Shown piece by piece: positions 24,809-36,908 of a stretch of 38,186 bases of DNA. A program made the position numbers and the translations under genes. Source of the DNA: Nanobdellota archaeon. GTDB taxonomy: Archaea; Nanobdellota; Nanobdellia; UBA10117; ARS21. How positions within the stretch are numbered: position 1 is the first letter of the stretch; each line of letters opens with the position of its first letter. Location of the stretch: the NCBI GenBank assembly GCA_014240455.1, contig JAAZWY010000002.1, positions 1 through 38,186 on the forward strand, in the 5' to 3' direction. The notes under the pieces were generated by a model, which saw nothing but the letters and a program-made list of their open reading frames with translations, was not told the DNA's origin and made no database searches.

Positions 24809-25534
24809 TTAATCTAAGTATTCCATTAATTCTTCTAGATTTTCAATGCCAATTCTTGCTCCCATTTCTGGAAGATTTCCGTTTATCAGACCAATAAGTC
24901 CTGCTGTTTCTAACTTATCAGAAACTTGATTAATTATTTCTGAGTTTTCAGCCAAATAAGCAAGATGATCTGGTCTAGTTATTAAACTATTCATTAAGTT
25001 AACAATTATGTTTTCAACTAATTCTTTAGTTTCTCCTTCAACTTCAGCGTGATAATCAATAGAGTTTGTTAGATAGTTTACAATGTTCTCAGATCCTTCA
25101 TTTATTACAAATCTTGCTGGAGATAATCCGTCACCCAGATTGTTTAATAATCCGTTTAAGTTAGCTAGATTTGTTGGATCTGCCTGATAATTATTCATTG
25201 CTTCAGTTGGAATTATTTCAGAAGAATGTGCCATTAATCCCGCCCTCAGGGGAATATCCTCATTTATTTCTTCAATAGTTCTTTCATGACCGTATGCTTT
25301 AGAAGTAAGTTCTAATAGGAACTCATTGATTTCATTATATGCAACTGCATCGTTTTTATCTCGAGCATCAATAATTTTTTGCATTAATTTATAATGTGCT
25401 TCAGTTTTGAAGTCTCCTATCTCTTCACCAACTTCTATTAATTTTTGTGCATATAGCCATTCTGTCATATATTTTGCCCCAATTTTTGGTTTAAAAGCGT
25501 TTCGTTCAAGAAATTGGAGAATGTTAGAAAACAT
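24809..25534 (-). CDS. hypothetical acidic helical protein (241 aa)
   Basis: Long ORF wedged, on the opposite strand, between the two NTase-HEPN genes. Its stop abuts the stop of the 24002-24808 gene. No recognised motif. Confidence 0.55.
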   Translation of the reverse strand: MFSNILQFLERNAFKPKIGAKYMTEWLYAQKLIEVGEEIGDFKTEAHYKLMQKIIDARDKNDAVAYNEINEFLLELTSKAYGHERTIEEINEDIPLRAGLMAHSSEIIPTEAMNNYQADPTNLANLNGLLNNLGDGLSPARFVINEGSENIVNYLTNSIDYHAEVEGETKELVENIIVNLMNSLITRPDHLAYLAENSEIINQVSDKLETAGLIGLINGNLPEMGARIGIENLEELMEYLD

Positions 25535-25540
25535 TTAAAA
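25533..25540 (+). promoter_or_regulatory. TATA box for the 615-aa NTase gene, overlapping the start codon of the divergent gene
   Basis: atttaaaa, centred ~26.5 nt upstream of ATG 25563. It overlaps the - strand ATG at 25532-25534. Confidence 0.5.
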
Positions 25541-25562
25541 CCATGTGTCTCGTTTGTAGTTT

Positions 25563-27410
25563 ATGGTTAATAGTTCAAATTCTTCTCAAGATTTAGCAAG
25601 TAATGATAAATTGAAAGAGATGTTTGGTAAATTTAAAGAGTCTCAACAAGGTTCCAAGCAAAAAGCATTGGAGGATTTGAATAAAACTCTTGATAAAGTT
25701 CAACCAACTGCTGAAAAGATAAGAGATTCTTTACTAAAACGGCATAAGAAGGAAATACTTGGTGCAGTTTTGACCATGCGACCTTCTGCTCCAAAACCTG
25801 GTGAAAAGCCTACAATGAACCCTAATTTAATTATTGTTTCTGAGTTGAGGAATAAATCTCCAAAGGAAAAGATGACTCATATTGCAGAGATTGAGAAAGA
25901 TGGAAACAGTATGACTAAAACAAGTGGTCTCAAAGTTACTTCAATTTTACTTGAAGAAATCTGGGATTTTGCAACTCGAGGTCAATATGATATTATGCGT
26001 AGTATTGTTTCAGGTAGATTGATTCATGATGAAGGTGATTGGATAAAATCTTTGAAGGCTGTTGAGATTCATAAGATTAAGATGCTTAAGAAGTTTGAGA
26101 AGTATGTCGTTTCTTATGTTATGGCAGGATCTCTTATTCGAGGAGAAGCAAATTCTGATTCAGATATTGATGTTTCTATTGTAATTGATGATACTGACGT
26201 AACTAGAACTACTTCTAATGAATTGGTTTTGCGACTAAGAGATATTTCTGCTAAGTTTGCAAGAGAGTCTGAAAGAGAAGTTGGAATTCGAGGTAAACTC
26301 AATATTCAAGTTTGGATTCTGACAAGGTTATGGGAAGGATTACGTAGAGCCGAACCAGTATTTTATACTACTATTAGAGATGGAGTTCCACTTTATGATC
26401 GAGGAATGTTTGCACCTTGGAAGTTAATGCTTAAGCGCGGTCTTCTTACTCCGACTCCTGAATCTATTCAAAAATATATCAAAGATGGTAAGAATTATTT
26501 GAACAGAATTAAGCTGAAGTTTAGAGATATTGCTATTGAGGATTTATTTTGGTCAACAATTTTTCCAGCTCAAGGAGTATTAATGTTGTTAGGAGTTCCT
26601 CCAGGAAGTCCAAATCATATCTCTGGACAATTGCGAGAACACATGGTAAAAAAGGGTCATCTTGAAGAAAAGTATGTCAAGATCTGGGAACGATTGCATA
26701 AACTGAGAAAAGATGTTGAGTATGGAAAAGTCAAGGAAGTTAAACTTGAAGTTATGACTAAGAATTATAATGATGCGGTTGGATTTGTTGAACGAATTGA
26801 AAAAGCATACAAAGATATTGAGAAGAAGTTGATTAATTCAAAGATTAAAGCTGTTAAATCAAAGTCGGTAGAAGATGCTCAACTGGTTCTCAAAGTTGCA
26901 GGAGTTAAAGCAAGTAAGAGTGGTGTAAAAAATGCATTGAAATCTGAATTAATTGCCAAAGGTCTTGCTAGTTCAAAATATTTAGAGTTAATTAATTCTG
27001 CAGGAAATCTGGATAGTAATCGATCAAGTTTGACTGAAGTTGAGAGTTTAGAATTCGGTTTGGATAAAGTTCGAGATGAAACTATTGATATTATTAATGC
27101 TGAAAAAGGTTTGAATAAAGATCGATTTAGGCTTCTATTGAGATATGGTTCTGGCGAAAATCAAAGAACTGCGCATTTGTGGTTGTTTAACACTGAAGTG
27201 TTTATTGTTAAAATGGGTTCAGGTCAGGCAGAGATTGTTAAGTATGAAGTCGGTAAGAAGGGTGTATTGCAAAACGGTAAATCAAGTACTTTGAAAGTTC
27301 TTGAGAAAAAATTAGCAACTTTTGATGGTGCTCCAACTCAAGTTTCGACAAAAATGATTTCTTCTCTGAAAGAATTATTGGATAATAATTTGAGAATGTT
27401 TGTAGGTTAA
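25563..27410 (+). CDS. large nucleotidyltransferase-HEPN protein with an extra degenerate NTase-like module and a C-terminal extension
   Basis: MAGSLIRGEANSDSDIDVSIVIDD is an intact NTase motif. It is followed by a HEPN-like domain (LHKLRKDVEYG) that can be aligned by eye to the 270-aa neighbour. The N-terminal aa ~60-165 repeat the post-NTase motif (ILLEEIWDFATRGQYDIMRSIVSGRLIHDEGDW) but lack GS/DxD. Confidence 0.72.
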   Translation: MVNSSNSSQDLASNDKLKEMFGKFKESQQGSKQKALEDLNKTLDKVQPTAEKIRDSLLKRHKKEILGAVLTMRPSAPKPGEKPTMNPNLIIVSELRNKSPKEKMTHIAEIEKDGNSMTKTSGLKVTSILLEEIWDFATRGQYDIMRSIVSGRLIHDEGDWIKSLKAVEIHKIKMLKKFEKYVVSYVMAGSLIRGEANSDSDIDVSIVIDDTDVTRTTSNELVLRLRDISAKFARESEREVGIRGKLNIQVWILTRLWEGLRRAEPVFYTTIRDGVPLYDRGMFAPWKLMLKRGLLTPTPESIQKYIKDGKNYLNRIKLKFRDIAIEDLFWSTIFPAQGVLMLLGVPPGSPNHISGQLREHMVKKGHLEEKYVKIWERLHKLRKDVEYGKVKEVKLEVMTKNYNDAVGFVERIEKAYKDIEKKLINSKIKAVKSKSVEDAQLVLKVAGVKASKSGVKNALKSELIAKGLASSKYLELINSAGNLDSNRSSLTEVESLEFGLDKVRDETIDIINAEKGLNKDRFRLLLRYGSGENQRTAHLWLFNTEVFIVKMGSGQAEIVKYEVGKKGVLQNGKSSTLKVLEKKLATFDGAPTQVSTKMISSLKELLDNNLRMFVG

Positions 27411-27826
27411 ATTAATTGAACATTTCTTACGTTTTGATGATACATTTTTACTATTTCTTTAAGTTGTCTCAAAGTCTTTTTGCCATTACCGTTTAGTTTT
27501 TTTCTGTCTGCAGGATTCTTTAACAATATTGCCAAAGTTCCTCGAACAACTTTTGAGGAATTGAATGGAATTGGATAAATGAACTTTTCAATTGTATCCT
27601 CCATTGTTTTACCTCGTTCAACAATTTTGATATCTTTCTTTAACGCGTGACTTATTGCTTTGACTTTTTCTCCGTTTTGTCCAACTGCTTTTTTTGCAGA
27701 GCCACTTTCTACAACAAAAATTATTGATCCGTCAACACCCATACAATTTATTGGTGAAACTCCGGTCTTATCTTTGAAAAAGGCCATCGTTCGGATGGTG
27801 TGGTTATCTAAACTAATAGTTGGCAT
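27407..27826 (-). CDS. nusA: archaeal NusA-like protein (two KH domains)
   Basis: 139 aa. A KH GxxG-like VGQNGEKVK motif, and the conserved position after rpoA''-rpl30e. Confidence 0.85.
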   Translation of the reverse strand: MPTISLDNHTIRTMAFFKDKTGVSPINCMGVDGSIIFVVESGSAKKAVGQNGEKVKAISHALKKDIKIVERGKTMEDTIEKFIYPIPFNSSKVVRGTLAILLKNPADRKKLNGNGKKTLRQLKEIVKMYHQNVRNVQLI

Positions 27827-27831
27827 GATAA

Positions 27832-31781
<3,950 letters not shown>

Positions 31782-31785
<4 letters not shown>

Positions 31786-33596
31786 TGTTTTGACCTCTTT
31801 TGCTTGAATTTATCTTTTAATTTTAATTGTGGTCTGATTCCCATAGCTTTTAGTTGTTCAATTAGTAACTTGAATCCGTAAGCCATTTCGACCTTTGAAA
31901 CTGTTTCCTTTGGATCCACTACGCTAGTGAATCTATCAGTAAATGAATCATATTCTGCAATATCTCCCGATCGGTCTCCAATATTTACTATGTCTTTGTC
32001 TGAACTGAACCTTTCTTTCAATAGTAATGAAGATCCGTGAGCGATTAGTGTGTCTTTTTCCATGTCTCCGAATCGAAGTCCACCTTCCATTGCTTTACCT
32101 GCAGTAGGTTGTCTTGTTAGTAATGCAACTCTACCTCTTGCTCTGGATTGAACTTTGTCTGCGACTTGATGCTTTAGTCTTAAATAATAAATGTTTCCTA
32201 CGAAAATCTTTGCTTCATAAGCTCTACCTGTTCTTCCGTCGTATAAAGTTTCAGTTCCGTTTTCTCTGAAACCTAATTCTTCTAATTCTTTTCTTAGATC
32301 TTCTGAAGGTTCTCCACTAAATGGAGTTCCGTCAACATATCGTCCGCTTAGAGCTCCAACTTTTGCTCCAAGAGATTCGATTAGGTGAGATACGGTCATA
32401 CGACGCATACCGAATGGGTTGAATAATATATCTGGTACTGTTCCAGATGAACTGAATGGCATATCTTCTGGATTTGCAATGTGTCCAATAACTCCTTTTT
32501 GTCCGTGTCGAGAAGATACTTTATCTCCAACACCGATTGGTCTTGTGTCTCGAACTTCAATGTTTACTAGTGGATTACCGTCTTTGGATTCAGTTAACAG
32601 AACTTTGGAAACAGTTCCGTTTTCTCCGAATTTAACTTTTACAGATGTGTCCTTTCTGATGTTTGCCGCTGTGCTGAAAGTTTCAAGTCTTGATAAGAAT
32701 CTTGGAGGTGATGTTTTACCAACAAGCACTTCTCCACCACGTACGTGCGTTTCAGGACTAACTAATCCATCTGTGTCTAAATTTTTATAGTGTGCTTCAG
32801 TTGAATATCCTTGTACGTCTTTATCTGGTACTTTAATATCATCAATTTGACCGCCCGGATATCTTCGTCTTTCTGCTGCATAAGGTCTGTAGTGAGATAC
32901 TCTTGAAAGTCCTCGATCAATAGATGCTCGATTTACTACAACTCCGTCAGACATGTTGTAACCTTCGTAATTTAGGATTGCAATTACCAGGTTTTGTCCA
33001 CCAGTGATGTGTTCACCGTACATATCTTGAGTGAATGATTTTACAAGTGGTTTTTGAGTATAATGTAGAACGTTAACATTTGTGTCTAATCGATTTAAGT
33101 AATTTAGTGCGTACAGAGAAGTTCCTTGTTGTTGATTTTTTTGTCCTCTTAGAAGACGTGTTGAGGGATTGAAGTTTGCAAATGGAATCATAGAAGTATT
33201 CATACCAAAAATTACAATTGGATCAATTTCCAAGTGTGTGTGTTTCTTTGTTAAATCTTTTTCATTCATCGCAACCAATGCTGATTCTTCTTCAAGTGCA
33301 TCGATTTCTTCAACAATTCCGTTTTCGATTAATTCTGTCCAACTCATCTTTCCTGCATTTAATTCTTCAAGATGTTTGCTTGTTAAAAGTGATTTACCTT
33401 CTTGAACAATAATTAGCGGTCGTCGAAGTCGGTTTTTGTCAAGTTGGATTTTGATAATGTCTTCTTCTTCGTTGTATAGAATATTAAGGTTCTTTGAGAA
33501 TTTTCCTGCACGTCGTTCTTTGATAGTATTCTTTACAAACTTTTCAGCGTCCTTTACTGTTCCCTGTAATACTCCATCAATGAATACGTAGCTCAT
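31782..33596 (-). CDS. rpoB1: DNA-directed RNA polymerase subunit B' (C-terminal half of Rpo2)
   Basis: GDKVSSRHGQKGVIG, NPFGMRRMTVSHLIE and GGLRFGDMEKD motifs. 4-nt overlaps with both neighbours. Confidence 0.97.
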
Positions 33597-35086
33597 CCTT
33601 TAATTTCCTCCAAACCAATTTTTTGTAAGCTCTTTAAGTTTTTGCTGTATTCTGAAGCTTGTAATTCTGTTGTGATTGTTCCAGTTAAAGCTAGAGTTTT
33701 TCTTAGACCGATATTCTTACCTTCTGGAGATTCAATAGCACAAAGTCTTCCCCAGTGTGTTGGGTGTAAAGCTCTTGCTTCAAAAGATTCTCTGTTTGAA
33801 TCTAGTAAAGATGTTACTCTTCTAAGTTGAGAAATTGCTGCAATTGGATTATCTCTTTCAAGTCGTTGAGAAACTCCTTGTCTGTTTCCTGTCCAATTTC
33901 CAGTTCCCATTGCTGAACGAATCTTTTCAGTCATGAACTTTGATCTTACAAGAGATGCGATTGGAATTATTTTTCCTCGTCTTACTCCTCTAGTGAAAAT
34001 GTAAATTATATCATTCTTCAAACCTTTGAAGTTTGTTCTGAATAAATCTTCAAGAAGGTCTCCTGCCATTCTGATCCTTTTATTCATATAGTGATCTTTG
34101 TCATCTGCTTGAATTTTGTCTTCTCTTAGAAGAATTGTTTTTCTAATCATTTGAGCAAGGAAATATGCTTTATTCATTCTTGCTTTCTTGTCTGTTCCCA
34201 AGTGAGGTAAAAAGATTGTGTCAAGAATAGATTCAACTTTCTGAAGTTTTCTGTCTTTTGGAAGTGCAATTTGCAAACTCTTTGAAATGAATTCTTTTGC
34301 TTCTTCTTGATTTGTTACACTCATGAATTCAACTAGATTGATATATAGATCTTCAGGGATTTCTTTGAATCCAACTGCATCTGCAATATCTTTATCTTTA
34401 GTCATTCCTAATGCTTTCAGGATTACTGTGAATGGAACTTTCTTTACGTTGCTGAAACTTACTTGGAATATTCCTTCCTTTGTTCGTTCAACTGTGTGTG
34501 AGATTTTATAAGTATCAATTGCTGAGAAAACTTTTGCGAAGTGTGTAATTGGTCCTGTCTTTTCTTTGTTTACAGTTATTTGATTTGGAGCTAAGTCTTC
34601 AAGTAAAACTAATGCTCTTTCAGTTCCGTTTACAATGAAATATCCACCAGGATCCATTGGATCTTCTCCAGATTCAATCATTTGATCTTGAGTTAAAGTT
34701 GATAAGTAGCAAAGTTTTGATTGAACCATTACTGGGATTTCTGCGATTTGAACTTCTGCTCTATCTCGTTCTTTTCCGTCGACAATTAATGCGATTTCTA
34801 AGAATACTGGTGCAGAATAAGTAAGATTTCTCATTCGTGCTTCAGCAGGATAAAGTGGTCTTTCTGAACCGTCTGCTTCAATAATAATTGGCTTTCTTAG
34901 AGATAACTCTGCGAATTCAAATTTAACTTCTTCTGCGTCAACTGGAATAACTGCTGGCATCAATTCTCGTTCAGCATCAACAACTTTTTGCATTCTCCAG
35001 TCAATAAATGAATTATAAGAATCAATGTTGCTTTTTACAAATCTATGTTCTTCGAAGAATTTCTTGATAAGAATTTGTTTGTTCAT
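33593..35086 (-). CDS. rpoB2: DNA-directed RNA polymerase subunit B'' (N-terminal half of Rpo2)
   Basis: 497 aa. YFIVNGTERALV, THWGRLCAIESPEGKNIGL and other Rpo2 N-terminal half motifs. A GGAGG Shine-Dalgarno lies 5 nt upstream. Confidence 0.96.
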   Translation of the reverse strand: MNKQILIKKFFEEHRFVKSNIDSYNSFIDWRMQKVVDAERELMPAVIPVDAEEVKFEFAELSLRKPIIIEADGSERPLYPAEARMRNLTYSAPVFLEIALIVDGKERDRAEVQIAEIPVMVQSKLCYLSTLTQDQMIESGEDPMDPGGYFIVNGTERALVLLEDLAPNQITVNKEKTGPITHFAKVFSAIDTYKISHTVERTKEGIFQVSFSNVKKVPFTVILKALGMTKDKDIADAVGFKEIPEDLYINLVEFMSVTNQEEAKEFISKSLQIALPKDRKLQKVESILDTIFLPHLGTDKKARMNKAYFLAQMIRKTILLREDKIQADDKDHYMNKRIRMAGDLLEDLFRTNFKGLKNDIIYIFTRGVRRGKIIPIASLVRSKFMTEKIRSAMGTGNWTGNRQGVSQRLERDNPIAAISQLRRVTSLLDSNRESFEARALHPTHWGRLCAIESPEGKNIGLRKTLALTGTITTELQASEYSKNLKSLQKIGLEEIKG

Positions 35087-35328
35087 ACAATCCTCCGATA
35101 GTATTTGTATTTTCCTGCAACTTCAGAAGATCTTTGAATTTCGATAATTGCACCAATTTCTGCATTCAGATGTTTGGCCATTGGGTCCTTGACGGACATA
35201 GAAGGTAATTGGTAAGGAGAAATTTTATATTGTTCCATGAGTGCCTTAACGGCTTTTTCGTCCAGAAGTTTGTGCTTTGGAATTAGCACATGTTTAGAAA
35301 TATCTAGTTGAATCGGATTTTTAGCCAA
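35083..35328 (-). CDS. rpoH: DNA-directed RNA polymerase subunit H (Rpo5)
   Basis: ISKHVLIPKHKLLDEKAVKALMEQYKISPYQLPSMSVKDPMAK...G..I.I.R.S...G....YR.V is the Rpo5 pattern. The start is TTG, preceded by GAGGT with 6 nt spacing. Confidence 0.9.
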   Translation of the reverse strand: MAKNPIQLDISKHVLIPKHKLLDEKAVKALMEQYKISPYQLPSMSVKDPMAKHLNAEIGAIIEIQRSSEVAGKYKYYRRIV

Positions 35329-35389
35329 ATTATTACCTCACGTGGACTTTAATTCTTGAAAAGTTATTCTTATTAACTTTTCTATCGCG

Positions 35390-35397
35390 TATAAATT
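35390..35397 (-). promoter_or_regulatory. candidate TATA box for the rpoH-led RNA polymerase operon (leadered transcript)
   Basis: aatttata on the - strand, ~62 nt upstream of the TTG start. A GAGGT Shine-Dalgarno (35335-35339) lies in the predicted leader. Confidence 0.4.
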
Positions 35398-35493
35398 AAG
35401 CCCTCGTAATTTACTTTTGAACAGTTTCGTTTATAAAAGTATCGATTGGAACAGAGAATATGTTAAATATTAGTGCCACGAACTTTCTAGTAG

Positions 35494-35628
35494 CTATCCA
35501 AACACTTTTACAAGTATTACGGCTACGATAAAGTACTTTATTGGTTTTGTGAGTAGTACTATGGTCCAGAATTTCTTGCTCTTTAGAAGTCGTCTGTTGA
35601 ATTGGTCTATTTTTTCTAAAGTCTTCAT
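35494..35628 (-). CDS. possible small membrane protein (44 aa), unverified
   Basis: ORF below the track cutoff: MKTLEKIDQFNRRLLKSKKFWTIVLLTKPIKYFIVAVILVKVFG. A TATA-like element (35651-35657 on the + strand) is centred ~26 nt upstream of the ATG. It lies in the largest otherwise non-coding gap. Confidence 0.35.
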   Translation of the reverse strand: MKTLEKIDQFNRRLLKSKKFWTIVLLTKPIKYFIVAVILVKVFG

Positions 35629-35662
35629 GATTTTTGTTGTGTTTTAACTGTTAAAAGCTTGT

Positions 35663-36631
35663 CTAAATAAGTCCAACTGAGTATGACTTGTAGAGTGCGT
35701 ATACGACGTATGATCCAATCATTGTTGCTGCGCCAAATTTGCTAAGTTTTTTGTCCTTTTGGAAAAGAAGGATAAGTCCTGCTGAAACTATAAACCAAAA
35801 TGGTATGTCAAAATTTACTATACTTTTTGAAATTGGATTATCTGTAATCATTGCTCCAATTCCTAACGCCATCATTGGATTTGTAATGTTTGAACCAATA
35901 AGAACTCCGAGTGAAAGATCTCTGGATTTTTTCAATATTCCCATTACTGCTGTTGTAAATTCTGGAAGTGCTGTTGCGAATCCGATAATTAATAATCCAA
36001 AAAATGATTGCTCAATTCCAAGAGTGTTTGAAAATTTTAACGTTGTGTCAACTACTGCGTTTGCAGATAATTGAAGTATTGCTAATCCAACTAAAATTAT
36101 TACAAAGTGTAAAGTGAAATTTTTGAAATGTTTATGAGTCCAGTTTGTTTTTCTTGAAATAATTTCACTTAACTTTTCTTCTTTTGTGTATAGATAGAAA
36201 AGATATCCCAGATATACGAAGAATAATATCGCTCCTTCAATTTGAGAAATTACTCCATCGAGTCCCATCAAAAATAATGCTACTATTGCTCCCAACATAA
36301 CTAATCCGTCTCTGTGTTGTACTGATTTTGAGGATTTTATTCTTGTTAGAAATCCCAATATTCCTAGAATTAAAGTTATCTGAACTATGTTTGAGCCTAT
36401 ATTTGTTCCAATTGCGATGTTTGATGCTGCACTTCCTGCAAGTTCTTTTAGGCTTGCATTTATGTGAGTGAATATTTCCGGAAGTGATGTTCCGATTGAG
36501 AGAATTGTGAGTCCTATAAAGAGTTTTGAGATCTTTAATTGCTTGGCTATGATTAATGCATGGTCTACGACTGTGTGCGCACCATACCAAATTCCAAGTA
36601 ATCCTGCAAGAAAGATTAGTAACTCTGCCAC
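35663..36631 (-). CDS. Ca2+/cation antiporter (CaCA family, YrbG/NCX-like)
   Basis: 322 aa with about 10 TM helices. Two alpha-repeat signatures (GTSLPEIFT and ATALPEFTT). The start is GTG. Confidence 0.88.
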   Translation of the reverse strand: MAELLIFLAGLLGIWYGAHTVVDHALIIAKQLKISKLFIGLTILSIGTSLPEIFTHINASLKELAGSAASNIAIGTNIGSNIVQITLILGILGFLTRIKSSKSVQHRDGLVMLGAIVALFLMGLDGVISQIEGAILFFVYLGYLFYLYTKEEKLSEIISRKTNWTHKHFKNFTLHFVIILVGLAILQLSANAVVDTTLKFSNTLGIEQSFFGLLIIGFATALPEFTTAVMGILKKSRDLSLGVLIGSNITNPMMALGIGAMITDNPISKSIVNFDIPFWFIVSAGLILLFQKDKKLSKFGAATMIGSYVVYALYKSYSVGLI

Positions 36632-36683
36632 AATTAATTACTTCCTTGGTAGAATAAAAAGCTTGGCTCGGATATCGTAAGGC

Positions 36684-36691
36684 TTATAAAT
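36684..36691 (+). promoter_or_regulatory. TATA box for tRNA-Asp
   Basis: ttataaat, centred ~27 nt upstream of tRNA position 1 (36715). This is the canonical archaeal TATA-to-TSS distance. Confidence 0.6.
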
Positions 36692-36714
36692 GAAATAATT
36701 TACCATGAACTCAT

Positions 36715-36789
36715 GCCCGTTTGGTGTAGTTTGGTCTATCATACTAGCTTGTCAAGCTAGTGACTCGTGTTCAAATCACGGAACGGGCG
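36715..36789 (+). tRNA. tRNA-Asp (anticodon GTC), no encoded CCA, no intron
   Basis: Acceptor stem GCCCGTT/AACGGGC with discriminator G. Anticodon arm CTAGC-TTGTCAA-GCTAG (GTC at 36751-36753). T arm TCGTG-TTCAAAT-CACGG. A TATA box is centred ~27 nt upstream. Confidence 0.93.
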
Positions 36790-36908
36790 TTTATTCTTAA
36801 ACGCAACTCTTATAAACTAAGTATTGGCGTAGATAGTAGGACGAAGTAGAAGTTCAGAAAGTTACGACAACAACGCAACATAAAGTTCATTTTATTTCAA
36901 TATTAAAA

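Noticed and set aside
36237-36590. 117-aa same-strand, out-of-frame ORF inside the CaCA antiporter gene
   Set aside because: The antiporter frame carries both GTSLPE-type alpha-repeat signatures and about 10 TM helices. The alternative frame is Arg/Asn/Ser-rich with no motif.
36715-36789. Possible tRNA intron or split tRNA
   Set aside because: The 75-nt sequence folds into a continuous cloverleaf with a standard 7-nt anticodon loop. No bulge-helix-bulge insertion is present.
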